Shown here piece by piece: positions 1 to 10,634 of a stretch of DNA of 64,000 nucleotides. Source of the DNA: an uncultured bacterium. Its GTDB lineage: Bacteria; Desulfobacterota_D; UBA1144; Nemesobacterales; UBA2774. The notes beneath the pieces are model-generated. The model was not told where the DNA came from. It was given only the letters and a program-made list of their open reading frames with translations, and did no database searches. How positions within the stretch are numbered: position 1 is the stretch's first letter; the number at the start of each line of letters is the position of its first letter. Location of the stretch: assembly GCA_963705505.1 (NCBI GenBank), contig CAVPJU010000010.1, positions 128,001-192,000 on the forward strand, read 5' to 3'. The position numbers were made by a program, and so were the translations under genes.

Positions 1-250
1 CCAGCTGCCGTGCGTACCGCTTCTCGTGGGCATGGGGGTCGACGAGCTCAGCATGAACACTTACTCGATACCCAGGGTCAAGAAGCTCCTGAGCGCGATA
101 ACCTCGAAGGAGTCGAGGGAAATTGCCGACAAATGCCTCCGCTTAAAGACAGGGCCCGAGATAAGGGACCTCGTATCCAGGTCCATTATAGAGAAATGGG
201 GGGAGAGCTTCCCTCCTGATTTCATCGTCGAGATCGCTGCAGGCGGCTGA
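1..250 (+). CDS. ptsI: PEP-protein phosphotransferase (PTS enzyme I), C-terminal end; runs off the window start
   Basis: Frame open from nt 2: ...VPLLVGMGVDELSMNTYSIPRVKKLL..., the typical enzyme I C-terminal motif (LLxGxGxDELSM). Confidence 0.75.
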   Translation, partial: QLPCVPLLVGMGVDELSMNTYSIPRVKKLLSAITSKESREIADKCLRLKTGPEIRDLVSRSIIEKWGESFPPDFIVEIAAGG

Positions 251-663
251 CCCTCTTTCCGACGGTAAACTAAAACCGGGAACTCGCACCCCAACCCGGA
301 AAAACCCTCATCTAATCCGCTTCCGCCATAAATACATCACCCCAATGTTGGAAAAAAGACTGAGCTGATTCCGACCGGTTGATCTTTGTATAATTAGCTA
401 TTAATCGATAATAAATACTCGAAATATTAACAGAAAAAGATAATTGATAATAATTCGGAATGGGTATAAGTTTAGGATTATTAACGAAGAACTTTGATTA
501 CTCGCAATACCGGTTTGCGGATTCAATAAGTGGATCTCAAAGTCCTTTATTCTTCCGACGGGTAAATAAAAGAGGGAATGAAGACGCCGATGCATTCAGT
601 ATCCGAAGACAAACACACCGTGTTCATAGCTCCGCTTGATGTTATATCCCCGGGGAGGGTGTC

Positions 664-2436
664 ATGACTACCGGCTCCAGTACGGATTTCATCGCCTCGC
701 TCAGGCGGTCATCAAACGTAGCAGGCATTGCGGTCATCGCAATCGGCTGCCTCGTGCTTATCGGCTGGGTGTCCGATATCGGTTTCTTGAAGAGTGTCTT
801 TTCCGGATACGCCTCGATGAAATTCAATACAGCCTTTGCTTTTATACTGGGCGGCGTATCCCTTTGGCTGATCAACAGCGGACAGGAGAAGGAATGGTCC
901 CGCCGCTCAGCGCAGGTGTGTGCGCTCATCGTTTTCGTGATAGGCCTGCTTACCCTAGCCGAGTATATTTTCGATTTCAACATAGGGATCGACCAGCTCC
1001 TGGTCAGTGATACGGGAGGCGACGCGCAAACGTCTCAGCCGGGCCGTATGGCTCCGATCGCCGCACTCAATTTCTTCCTCCTCGGCTCAGCCCTGCTGCT
1101 GCTTTCGATTAACTCACTCCGTTACCAATATATCCACCTCGTCACTCTGATAGCGGCCTTTTTAAGCCTCGTGTCCGTCGTGGGATACCTTTACGGGGTC
1201 CGTTCGTTTTATAACTTCTACTCGTACTACTCGCCCGTCGGTCTCAACACCGCGCTCACGTTTATCCTCCTCTCGGGAGGCATCCTGTTTGCGCGCCCTG
1301 ACCGCGGCTATATGGCCGTCATAACGAGCGACCGCCTGGGCGGCTTCCTGGCGCGCCGTATCCTGCCCTTCGCCTTGATAGTTCCGTTAGCGATAGGCTG
1401 GCTCAGGCTGCGGGGAGAGCAGTCCGGGTACTACAATACCGAATTCGGGATCGCGTTATTCGCGACATCGACAATGGTCATTTTTACAGCGCTCATCTTG
1501 CTGAGCGCGAGGTTTCTGAACGCGGCGGATACAGAGCGTAAGCGCGTCGTGGAAGAGATATGGGAGCTCAACGAAGGACTCGAGCAGAGGGTCAATGAAC
1601 GCACAAGGGAGCTCGAAAGCGTAAACAAGGACCTCAGGAAAGAGATGTTCGAGCGCGGCCGTGTCGTGGAAGCGCTCAAGCAGTCGGAGCAAAAAATCCG
1701 TACGCTAAACGAAGAGCTCGAACAAAGGCTCTCGGAGCTCACCGACGTCAATAAAGAGCTCGAGGCGTTCAGCTATTCCGTATCTCACGACCTCCGCGCC
1801 CCGCTCCGCGCGATCGACGGGTTCTCCCGTATCCTGCTCGAGGATTATTCCGACAAGCTGGACGACGAAGGCCGGCGACTCTTCTCGGTCATCAGGAAGA
1901 ACACCCAGAACATGGGGGAGCTAATTGACGACCTCCTCGCGTTTTCCCGCCTGGGCAGGCAGGAGGTTATGCCGCTTGAAATCGATATGTCCAAGCTCGC
2001 GCAGTCCATATTTGACGAGTTGAGGTCCGGGCTCCAGGGGCAGGCTCTGAAATTCAACATCGACTCGCTTCCCAATGCATGCGGCGACAGAGCGATGATC
2101 CGTCAGGTGATCGCCAATCTTTTATCAAACGCCATCAAATTCACAAGACCTAAGGGAGAGTGTGCGGTCATAGAGGTCGGGAGTTCCGCTAACGGAACCG
2201 AAAACGTTTACTTTGTCAGGGACAACGGCATAGGGTTCGATATGAACTATGTGGATAAGCTTTTCGGCGTATTTCAGAGACTCCACAGCCAGAACGAGTT
2301 CGAGGGGACGGGAGTAGGACTCGCCCTCGTAAAGCGCATTGTTAACAGGCACGGCGGGCGGGCGTGGGCCGAAGGCAAGATAGGGGAGGGAGCGACATTT
2401 TACTTCAGTCTTCCAAAAGAAGGAGGCGCGGAATGA
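664..2436 (+). CDS. Membrane sensor histidine kinase (multi-TM N-terminus, coiled coil, HisKA, HATPase_c)
   Basis: Several hydrophobic segments; H-box [15 protein letters not shown]-box [11 protein letters not shown]-boxes DNGIGF and GTGVGL. Confidence 0.93.
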   Translation: MTTGSSTDFIASLRRSSNVAGIAVIAIGCLVLIGWVSDIGFLKSVFSGYASMKFNTAFAFILGGVSLWLINSGQEKEWSRRSAQVCALIVFVIGLLTLAEYIFDFNIGIDQLLVSDTGGDAQTSQPGRMAPIAALNFFLLGSALLLLSINSLRYQYIHLVTLIAAFLSLVSVVGYLYGVRSFYNFYSYYSPVGLNTALTFILLSGGILFARPDRGYMAVITSDRLGGFLARRILPFALIVPLAIGWLRLRGEQSGYYNTEFGIALFATSTMVIFTALILLSARFLNAADTERKRVVEEIWELNEGLEQRVNERTRELESVNKDLRKEMFERGRVVEALKQSEQKIRTLNEELEQRLSELTDVNKELEAFSYSVSHDLRAPLRAIDGFSRILLEDYSDKLDDEGRRLFSVIRKNTQNMGELIDDLLAFSRLGRQEVMPLEIDMSKLAQSIFDELRSGLQGQALKFNIDSLPNACGDRAMIRQVIANLLSNAIKFTRPKGECAVIEVGSSANGTENVYFVRDNGIGFDMNYVDKLFGVFQRLHSQNEFEGTGVGLALVKRIVNRHGGRAWAEGKIGEGATFYFSLPKEGGAE

Positions 2437-2876
2437 CCGATATGAACGAAGTGGAGATACTTCTTGTCGAAGATAACCCGAGCGACGAAGAGCTTACGCA
2501 GAGAGCGCTCAGGAAAAACAACATTGCGAACAGCCTTCATGTGGCGAGGGACGGGGCGGAAGCCCTCGAGTTTATATTTGCGACGGGAGCGTACACCGGG
2601 AGGAAGGTCGAGAACGGGCCGAAGCTCATACTCCTCGATTTAAAGCTTCCGAAGGTGGACGGCCTGGAAGTCCTCAAGAGGGTCAAGACCGACGAAAGGA
2701 CGATGTCGATTCCCGTGGTCGTGCTGACTTCCTCGAAAGAGGAACGGGACATAGTCGACAGCTATAAGCTCGGCGTGAACAGTTACATAGTGAAGCCCGT
2801 CGATTTCGATAAGTTCGTAGAGGCTGTCGCGCAGCTCGGCCTTTATTGGCTGCTTCTAAACCAGTCGCTCAGATAA
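2433..2876 (+). CDS. Single-domain response regulator (Rcp1-like)
   Basis: ATGA overlap with the kinase stop, AGGAGG upstream; [32 protein letters not shown]. Confidence 0.93.
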   Translation: MTDMNEVEILLVEDNPSDEELTQRALRKNNIANSLHVARDGAEALEFIFATGAYTGRKVENGPKLILLDLKLPKVDGLEVLKRVKTDERTMSIPVVVLTSSKEERDIVDSYKLGVNSYIVKPVDFDKFVEAVAQLGLYWLLLNQSLR

Positions 2877-2954
2877 TTCTTAGCTATGCGGAAGGGGACA
2901 AGGTTATGAGTACGGAAGTCAGCCTCGCCATTGTTTACGAGACGGAGATTACAT

Positions 2955-4952
2955 ATGGATAAAGAGCTTCGCATACTGATAGTGGAAGACATGCCCACGG
3001 ACATAGAGCTCCTCGAGCGGGAGCTCCGCAATGCAGGGATCACATTCCAGTCAAGGAGCGTGGATACAAGGGAATCGCTACTGAGGGAGCTTGAAGGTTT
3101 CAGTCCGGATATCGTTTTATCCGATTATACCCTTCCTTCATTCGACGGTATGAGCGCGCTGAAAATAGTTCGTGAGAAGAGTCCCAATATACCATTCATA
3201 TTCGTTTCAGGAACGCTCGGGGAGGAAAAGGCTATCGAGACGCTGAAAGCGGGCGCTACGGACTACGTGCTCAAGGAAAGGCTCTCGCGCCTCGTACCGG
3301 CGGTGCACCGGGCATTGCGCGAAGCCGAGGAGAGGCGGGAGCTCGAGAGGGTCGAAAACACGCTCAGGGAGAACCTGGTGCGTATCAGCGAGCAGGCTGC
3401 GCTCCTCGATATAGCCGCCGACGCGATAACGGTCAGGGACATGGATCAGAATATCGTGTTCTGGAGCAAAGGCGCCGAGAGGATCTACGGCTGGAAGGAA
3501 CACGAAGTCATAGGCGGGAAAGTAACCGAGCTGCTCTATAGCGAAGAAAGCCCCGAATCCGGGGAAGTCCACGAGGTTCTCATGGAACACGGGCAGTACA
3601 AAGGGGAAATGCAGCATGTGACCAAAGACGGGCGTGAAATCATCGTGGAGTCCCGTCTGACTCTCGTTACGGACGATGAGGGGAAACCCGAATCGATACT
3701 CTCCGTCAGCACCGATATAACGGACAGGAAGCTGTTCGAAGCGCAGCTCCTCCGGGCGCAGCGCATGGAAAGCATAGGGACACTCGCCGGAGGAATAGCG
3801 CACGACCTTAATAACGTTTTCCAGCCCATGCTTATGTCGCTCGAGATTCTCAGAATGAGGTCTCCCGATAAACAATCCATGAACCTCATACATACGATCG
3901 AGACGAGCATTCAGCGCGGCAGCAATCTTGTGAAACAGGTACTGTCGTTTGCAAAAGGGCAGGAATGCGAGCGGACCGACCTCCATATAAAACACATAAT
4001 CTCCGAAATTACGGATATGATAAAGGAGACATTTCCGAAAACGATAGAATTCCGCTCCGACCTCCCGGCTGACCTCCTGACCATATCGGGCGATTTCACT
4101 CAGCTCAATCAGGTGCTTATGAACCTGTGCGTTAACGCTCGCGACGCAATGCCGGACGGCGGAAGCCTGTCAATTACCGCTGAGAACTTCCATATCGACG
4201 AGAACTTCGTAAAGATGAATATCGATGCCAAAGTCGGACCGTACATTGCCATAACCATCTCCGATACCGGTTCGGGCATTCCGCCCAAGGTGCTGGACAA
4301 GATATTCGAGCCGTTCTTCACGACGAAAGAACCGGGTAAGGGTACAGGGCTCGGCCTCTCGACCTCATTCAGGATAGTCAAAAACCACGGGGGCTTCATC
4401 GACGTGTGGAGCGAGGCGGGAAAAGGGACGAAATTCACGATCTATCTGCCCGCTCTCGAATCTGCCGAAGCGGTATCCACAGGGGTAAATAGTTCAGCCG
4501 GGCTCCCCCTGGGACAGGGAGAAATGATACTCGTTGTCGACGACGAACCCTCGATCCGCGAGATTACACAATACACATTGGAGACTTACGGTTACAGGGT
4601 TATGACGGCGGATGACGGAGCTCAGGCAGTATCGAAGTATTCGCAGAAAAGGGAAGAAATAAAAGCCGTTATTATGGATATATCCATGCCTGTGATGGAC
4701 GGGCATACGAGCATCAAATCAATACGGGAGATCGATCCCCAGGTCAAAGTTATAGTCATGAGCGGATTAAAGAATAATAGCGGGAACAGGGAGATCGGTC
4801 CAGGAGAAACCGACGTGTTCTTGCCCAAGCCCTATACCGCGGAGGCGCTTCTCAGGACCCTGCGCGAAGTCATAAATTCCGACCCGGGGTTCAGGCGCGA
4901 CAACATATACGCTGACAATCCGGCTAAGACCGTTCATTACGAGCCGAATTAA
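2955..4952 (+). CDS. Hybrid sensor kinase (REC-PAS-HisKA-HATPase-REC)
   Basis: N-terminal receiver (ILIVED, DIVLSDYTLPSFDG), PAS/PAC, LAGGIAHDLNN, FEPFFTTK, GTGLGL, C-terminal receiver (ILVVDDE). Confidence 0.93.
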   Translation: MDKELRILIVEDMPTDIELLERELRNAGITFQSRSVDTRESLLRELEGFSPDIVLSDYTLPSFDGMSALKIVREKSPNIPFIFVSGTLGEEKAIETLKAGATDYVLKERLSRLVPAVHRALREAEERRELERVENTLRENLVRISEQAALLDIAADAITVRDMDQNIVFWSKGAERIYGWKEHEVIGGKVTELLYSEESPESGEVHEVLMEHGQYKGEMQHVTKDGREIIVESRLTLVTDDEGKPESILSVSTDITDRKLFEAQLLRAQRMESIGTLAGGIAHDLNNVFQPMLMSLEILRMRSPDKQSMNLIHTIETSIQRGSNLVKQVLSFAKGQECERTDLHIKHIISEITDMIKETFPKTIEFRSDLPADLLTISGDFTQLNQVLMNLCVNARDAMPDGGSLSITAENFHIDENFVKMNIDAKVGPYIAITISDTGSGIPPKVLDKIFEPFFTTKEPGKGTGLGLSTSFRIVKNHGGFIDVWSEAGKGTKFTIYLPALESAEAVSTGVNSSAGLPLGQGEMILVVDDEPSIREITQYTLETYGYRVMTADDGAQAVSKYSQKREEIKAVIMDISMPVMDGHTSIKSIREIDPQVKVIVMSGLKNNSGNREIGPGETDVFLPKPYTAEALLRTLREVINSDPGFRRDNIYADNPAKTVHYEPN

Positions 4953-5128
4953 TCCACTCTCATCCTCCTTTTTTAAGCGCCTGATGTGCAGGCGCCTCAT
5001 CAAGCTTTCCGCCGAAAATTCGTGTAAGATCAATCCATAAGCTTCCACCGTCAGCCGTTTCCGGGTCAGTTAATCAGGGGTGGGCAAATTCGTTTCTATT
5101 CGGGTATATTGTTACCTGAGTTTCAGGT

Positions 5129-5758
5129 ATGGATTTAAACTTTTTTATCAAAGGGATCATAGTCGGCATAGTGATCACCGCCCCGATTGGGCCGGTGGGA
5201 GCTCTTGTCGTTCAGCGCACTATAAACGAGGGCAGGGCGTCGGGCATCGTCTCGGGGCTCGGCTCCGCGGTCGGTGACACGTTATACGCTATCGTTGTGG
5301 CGTTCAGCCTGACGTTTATCTCGGAATTTCTCATACATCACGAAGCATGGGTACACGTAATCGGAGGAATCATATTATTGGTCTTCGGGATAAGGGTGTT
5401 TCTATCTAAACCTGCTTCATATACCTCATCTAAAACCGGCAGAAGCCACTTCGGGACTTTCGGCTCGGCGATGCTGCTCACGCTATCGAACCCCATGGTC
5501 ATACTGTCCATACTCGCGCTTTTCGCCATCCTCAGCATCCACGAGCCCGCCGACTACTACAGGACGGCGGCTCTCCTGGTGGCGGGCATATTCACGGGCT
5601 GCACCGCTTTATGGATCGTCCTATGTTATGTGATTTCAAACATCCGCGGAAGGTTGAGCGAAAGGGGTCTCGTGCTTATAAACAAAATCACGGGCATAGT
5701 CATACTCGCCTGCGGCGCCTACGCGTTCATAAGCCTGATCAAACTTCAAGCGGTTTAG
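5129..5758 (+). CDS. LysE/RhtB family translocator
   Basis: APIGPVG near the N-terminus, LTLSNP motif, about six TM segments. Confidence 0.85.
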   Translation: MDLNFFIKGIIVGIVITAPIGPVGALVVQRTINEGRASGIVSGLGSAVGDTLYAIVVAFSLTFISEFLIHHEAWVHVIGGIILLVFGIRVFLSKPASYTSSKTGRSHFGTFGSAMLLTLSNPMVILSILALFAILSIHEPADYYRTAALLVAGIFTGCTALWIVLCYVISNIRGRLSERGLVLINKITGIVILACGAYAFISLIKLQAV

Positions 5759-5870
5759 ACATCCGGCCGATACAGGCCCTGCTAAATTCCCGTTTATATT
5801 CAAATTGAAACCTATAGCGTCATTTAATTCCCTGCTTTGTAAAGAACGAATGCTCACTCGTTCGTATTAG

Positions 5871-6797
5871 TTACTCCCCCTCGCCCAAATCCTCGGGCTT
5901 TTCCCCTCTGAATATGACCAGGAATATCACCCCGATTATTATCCCCGCGCCCCCTATGAGCTTTATCACCGAGGGTATCTCGTGGAATATGAAGTACGAG
6001 AATAGTACAACGAATATGGATTCGAGCGGGAGTACGGCCGTTGTCCGCGACACGTCTATCAGCTTTATCGCCTGGAACTGGCACGCCTTCGCAATATACG
6101 CTCCGTTAATCCCCCCGAGAGCCATGAATATCAGGTCCCTTAATCCCGGCTTCTCGAGCGTACCCGTTGCGAGGAGGTAGATTAGCAGGCATAGCGCCAC
6201 ACCCAGCGCCCTGACGTTAGCGACAGTCAGCATATTGAGCTTCTGGCCGACTTTTTTGACTATGAACGACAGGCTCGAGTAGAAAAACGCAGCCCCTATC
6301 GCGGTGAACGTGCCTACGAGGAGAGAAAATTCCCTCTGGTAAGCGACTATGATCCCGCCCGTGATAGTAACCACGATACCCACGCTCTCCCATTTATTCA
6401 GCCTCTCGCCGAGGAAAATCATTCCCAGGAGCAATGAGAACAGCGTCTGAGCCTTCATGAGGAACGACGTGAGCGGTATTCCGATGGTCTTGATCGCAGA
6501 GATCCAGAGCGCGGCGCCTATAGCGGTAAGTATGGAGCTATATATGAATATTTTCGTGTATTTTCTCAGGTGCCTGATCTCGGTCCTCTGTGACGGGATC
6601 GCCAGTACGACGAGCACCGAGCATACGAAGGCGCCCGAGAACCAGTAAAAAGTGATGACGGTCGGGTGCAGGCTCCTGTCTATCGCCCTCCCGAACACGT
6701 AGGACAGGGCGGTGAATAAGGCTGTCCCCACGAGGTAGAGATAACCCGCTATGGGGAATTTTTCTTTAGTTCTCTTGACTTCGCTTAGTCCGTTCAT
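5871..6797 (-). CDS. EamA/DMT family transporter
   Basis: 308 aa, about ten hydrophobic segments in two repeats (IFLGERL; FIFHEIP). Confidence 0.85.
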   Translation of the reverse strand: MNGLSEVKRTKEKFPIAGYLYLVGTALFTALSYVFGRAIDRSLHPTVITFYWFSGAFVCSVLVVLAIPSQRTEIRHLRKYTKIFIYSSILTAIGAALWISAIKTIGIPLTSFLMKAQTLFSLLLGMIFLGERLNKWESVGIVVTITGGIIVAYQREFSLLVGTFTAIGAAFFYSSLSFIVKKVGQKLNMLTVANVRALGVALCLLIYLLATGTLEKPGLRDLIFMALGGINGAYIAKACQFQAIKLIDVSRTTAVLPLESIFVVLFSYFIFHEIPSVIKLIGGAGIIIGVIFLVIFRGEKPEDLGEGE

Positions 6798-6985
6798 TGC
6801 TGAAATCCGGGCCTTTTCACCGTGTGTGCCTCCTCCACCACCACGCTATAGCGGAGCCCGATAGATTGTGCCATACGCTGAATATAGCCGCGGGGAGGGT
6901 TGAAGAACGCGATTGTCGATAACAGGATTATCCAGAACGTGAAATAGTCGGTTACGACACTGTTTAAATATGAAAGATATTTCAA
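6794..6985 (-). pseudogene. Short ORF whose N-terminus resembles a bile acid:sodium symporter start; probable gene remnant
   Basis: YFTFWIILLSTIAFFNP resembles BASS TM1, but the ORF is 63 aa and its stop overlaps the EamA ATG. Confidence 0.35.
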
Positions 6986-7075
6986 TAGAGCTTCATTTCA
7001 GGTCGAATTTTCTAAGCTGGCAAAAGTACATAAATATCGATGGAGTGTCAATTTGATCATTCTCTCCCTTCAGTC

Positions 7076-7152
7076 TAATTCCTTCCCCCTAGAGGGAGGA
7101 AGGGTAGGATGGGGGTGAACAACCCGTTCATCCTGAGCCCAGTCGAAGGATG
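7076..7152. repeat. REP-like palindromes, family B (TTCCTTCCCC..GAAGG-GTAGGATGGGGGT) followed by family C (CCCGTTCATCCTGAG..GTCGAAGGA)
   Basis: Family B recurs at 20530-20574 (inverted) and 60324-60365; family C recurs at 53283-53313 and partly at 50700. Confidence 0.8.
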
Positions 7153-7212
7153 TAACTCCATCACATCCAAATATTGCATTTAACCGCCAAGTCGGTAATT
7201 TATACGGCTGAT

Positions 7213-8920
7213 ATGAGATACTCGCAATACTTCATTCCGACGCTGAAGGAAGACCCCGCAGATGCCGAAGTCGTGAGCCAGAAGCTCATGATAAGGGCGG
7301 GGATGATTAGAAAAGTCGCAGCCGGCATCTATAACTACCTGCCTCTCGGTCTCAGGTGCCTGAGCAAAGTGGAAAACATAGTCCGCGAGGAGATGAACAG
7401 GGCAGGGGCCATAGAGCTCCTCATGCCCGCCGTCGTGCCCGCCGAGTTATGGAGAGAGAGCGGCAGGTGGGATTATTACGGCAAGGAGCTTCTGCGCTTT
7501 AAAGACCGCGCCGAGAGGGAATTCTGCATCGGTCCCACTCACGAAGAGGTTGTCACGGACATAGTGAAGCGGGACGTGCGCTCCTACAAGCAGCTCCCGA
7601 TAAACCTCTACCAGATACAGACGAAGTTCAGGGACGAGATACGCCCCCGCTTCGGTGTCATGCGCGCCCGCGAGTTCATAATGAAGGATGCCTACAGCTT
7701 CGATGCGGACGTCGCCGGAGCGGAGAAGTCCTATCGGCTCATGTACGATGCCTATTGCCGCATATTCGAGAGGTGCGGCCTCGAATTCAGGGCGGTGCTC
7801 GCCGATACGGGGAACATAGGCGGGAGCTTCTCCCACGAGTTCATGGTGCTCGCCCCGACTGGTGAGGACGTCGTGATGAGCTGCAGCAAGTGCGATTACG
7901 CGGCAAATCTGGAGCTTGCCGAGATAGACTGGCACGAGAAGGGGGTTAAGCCCCCGAAAGACGGGAAGGCTGTCCACGAAGTCCACACGCCTGACCTTAA
8001 AACAGTTGAAGAAGTAGCTCAATTTTTGAATGTACTTGCCCTCTAATCTCATAAAAACTATGATCGTAGAGGCCGACGGCATACCCGTAGCCGCCCTCGT
8101 CAGGGGAGACCACGAGCTAAGCCTCACGAAGCTGAAGAAAGTGCTCGGAGCCGCTATTGTCGAGCTTGCGAATGCCGCGACGATAGAGAATGTAACGGGT
8201 GGTCCGATGGGATTCAGCGGCCCGGTCGGGCTCAAGATCAGGGTCGTCGTCGACAGGTCGGTCGTGGGGATGGGAAGCTCGGTAACCGGAGCCAATAAAG
8301 GCGATTACCACATCGTAAACGTCGTCCCCGGCAGGGACTTTGAGATAAAGGAAATAGCGGATATACGCGTTGCTATAGAAGGGGACAAATGCCCCAGGTG
8401 CAAGGAAGGCTCGCTCACATCCACGAGGGGGATAGAGGTCGGGCACGTATTCATGCTCGGCACGAAGTATTCAGAAGCGATGAACGCGACTTTCGTGGAC
8501 GCCGACGGAAAAGAGAAGCCATTCATAATGGGATGCTACGGTATAGGCATAGGACGCACCGTAGCCGCGGCGATAGAGCAGAACCACGACGAGAACGGGA
8601 TGATATTCCCCAAATCCCTCGCCCCGTTTCAGGTCACGGTATTGCCGCTCAAGGTCAAGGACGAGGAAATAATGTCCGCGGCAGAGAAGATTTATTCGGA
8701 GCTAATGGAAAAGGGTTATGAAGTCATAATAGACGACAGGGACGTCGGACCGGGGTTCAAGTTGAAGGACGCGGAGCTCATAGGCATACCGGTACACATC
8801 GCCGTCGGACCGAGGACAATCAAGGAAGGGGAGGCGGAGCTGAAAGTCCGGAAGGGCGGCATTTCCAGGAACGTCAAATTCGAAGAAGTGGTAAAAGAAG
8901 TAGAGTCGCTCCTTTCATAG
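7213..8920 (+). CDS. proS: Proline--tRNA ligase (long form with editing domain); split by a 1-nt frameshift near 8035
   Basis: [44 protein letters not shown]; ORFs 7174-8046 and 8030-8920 join as [12 protein letters not shown] after removing one base. Confidence 0.95.
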
Positions 8921-8938
8921 ATATATAATTCTATCCAA

Positions 8939-9662
8939 ATGGCGAGACCCGACCTCAAACCCAAGGAACGCATAATCCTCGCTCTCGATTTTGCCGAGCT
9001 GAGGATAGCCAAGTTCTGGGTCGAGAGCCTAAAGAGCAAAATAAAGACGTTCAAGGTAGGCCCCATACTCTTCCTCGACGCGGGGCCCATAGGAATAAAG
9101 GAGTTCCGCGACATGGGGGCCGACGTATTCCTCGACCTCAAGTTCCACGACATACCCTCGACTGTTGAATTGTCCGCGAGGCAGGTCGTCCGCTTCGGGG
9201 TCAGGATGTTCACGATTCACTCCCTCGGCGGTCTAGAGATGATGAAGGCGGTTGCTGACGCAGTGACCGAGGAATCGGATAAGCTCAAGAGGCATAAACC
9301 TCTCGTCCTCGCCGTCACTGTTCTCACGAGTCACGACGAGGCAAGCCTCAAGCGTATCGGTATAAATTCATCGACGAAGGATACGGTGCTGAGCCTCGCA
9401 TCACTGGCGGATAAAGCGGGCGTTGACGGGCTAGTGTGCTCGGGGATGGAAGTAGAGATGCTGAGGAAGGAATTCGGGGACAGGTTCACGCTGGTCGTTC
9501 CCGGAATACGCCCCGGCAGGAGATAAGCACGATCAGAAGAGGGTAGTGACCCCAGCCGAAGCAGTCGCCAGCGGAGCCGACTACCTCGTCATCGGCCGCG
9601 CAATAACCGAGGCGGAGAATCCGGGTTTAGTTGTGGATGAGATTGTGAAATCTATTTCGTGA
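8939..9662 (+). CDS. pyrF: Orotidine-5'-phosphate decarboxylase; frameshift in a C run near 9512
   Basis: FLDLKFHDIPSTV, AVTVLTS, VVPGIRP; after removing one C it continues AGDKHDQKRVVTP...GADYLVIGRAI to TGA at 9660-9662. Confidence 0.93.
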
Positions 9663-9681
9663 ATGTTTAAATCCCCCTGTA

Positions 9682-9769
9682 ATTTGGTTTTAATAACCTA
9701 GCCACTTCAGTCAAGGGCTCCGTTGTTTTTATCCAAGTTCGACCAATTCCTCTTATTCATCGGAATTGT
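9682..9769 (+). mobile_element. 88-bp structured insert (copy A) interrupting a family A REP-like palindrome (9668-9790)
   Basis: Removing it gives TAAATCCCCCTGTA|TCCCCTTTACAAAAGGGG; shares motif spacing and the terminal hairpin with the insert at 20368-20454. Confidence 0.6.
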
Positions 9770-9803
9770 TCCCCTTTACAAAAGGGGAAAATAACTTGTA
9801 GTA

Positions 9804-9847
9804 TTCTTAATTCCCTCCTTAGAAAAAGGAGAGTCAGAGAGGGTTTA
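9804..9847. repeat. Family A REP-like palindrome (left direct copy flanking the TA module)
   Basis: TTCTTAATTCCCTCCTTAGAAAAAGGAGAGTCAGAGAGGGTTTA, close to the copy at 10541-10583. Confidence 0.8.
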
Positions 9848-9876
9848 CTTAATAATATAGGGCGATTAACTTTGGA

Positions 9877-10092
9877 CTAGTTATGAAAGGTGAAAACTGG
9901 CGTTTCTACAAGACGAGAGGGTTTTTTCTTGCTCCATACAGTTTCCTGAATCTTTTCAACTGTTTCGGGAGAGAAAAACTTCTCGCCCGTTTCCAGACAT
10001 ACCCTTGCAGGCACATTCTCGATAATGATAACCTTGTTATCTAATTCGAGTACATAGGTCACTATTTTCTCAACTATTGTTTCTTTATGCAT
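9877..10092 (-). CDS. YgiT-type zinc-finger protein (putative antitoxin)
   Basis: IIIENVPARVCLETGEKFFSPETVEKIQ signature; directly downstream of DUF4258. Confidence 0.8.
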   Translation of the reverse strand: MHKETIVEKIVTYVLELDNKVIIIENVPARVCLETGEKFFSPETVEKIQETVWSKKKPSRLVETPVFTFHN

Positions 10093-10105
10093 ATGTGCTA
10101 TTAGT

Positions 10106-10411
10106 TTAATTCCTCCTAAACTTGTTTTCAACCCATTGGTTTAGATCAGGCTCGTAGACTGTAATGATTTTTATTATTGGTCGCGAAGGATAACTACATT
10201 GAATGTGTATCGGTCTTCCCAATTTAGTGATGCCTAGTATCAGGCAGCTAGGTCCGCGGTTGTCGTCCGGGTAGTCTTCGATTATTTCCCCATTCGAGAA
10301 AGCCTGACGAATCTCCTCGACGGTTATATGACGAAGAATAGATTGATCGACGGCATGCTTTGAAAACTCAAAGAACCCTTCTGTGATCTTGGTTTGAATA
10401 TCACTAATCAT
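10106..10411 (-). CDS. DUF4258 protein (putative RelE-like toxin)
   Basis: FSKHAVDQS, GEIIEDYPDDNRGPSCLILG, RPIHIQC, IITVYEPD motifs. Confidence 0.85.
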   Translation of the reverse strand: MISDIQTKITEGFFEFSKHAVDQSILRHITVEEIRQAFSNGEIIEDYPDDNRGPSCLILGITKLGRPIHIQCSYPSRPIIKIITVYEPDLNQWVENKFRRN

Positions 10412-10540
10412 TTTAATAATGAGTAGAGTTTGATAAACGACTTGTCAAGCTTTCATGACAAAAATATTACCCCGCGGTTTCTCGATGATAGAGAAGTAGT
10501 GTCATTTCGACCGGAGGGAGAAATCTATTTTTTACTCTTT

Positions 10541-10583
10541 TTCTTAATTCCCTCCTTAGAAAAGGAGGGTTAGGGAGGATTTA
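10541..10583. repeat. Family A REP-like palindrome (intact reference copy)
   Basis: TTCTTAATTCCCTCCTTAGAAAAGGAGGGTTAGGGAGGATTTA; stem CCCTCCTT/AAGGAGGG. Confidence 0.8.
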
Positions 10584-10587
10584 TATT

Positions 10588-10623
10588 AAAACCTCGGCAC
10601 TCCCCCATCGCTGAGGGAGTGCC
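10588..10623 (-). terminator. Probable intrinsic terminator of clpB
   Basis: GGCACTCCC...GGGAGTGCC stem just after the clpB stop, with a short T tract on the minus strand. Confidence 0.6.
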
Positions 10624-10634
10624 CGGTTCAATGC

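Noticed and set aside
8030..8046. Programmed frameshifting or pseudogenisation of proS (and pyrF)
   Set aside because: No slippery heptamer seen, proS is essential, and similar 1-nt indels occur throughout the window.
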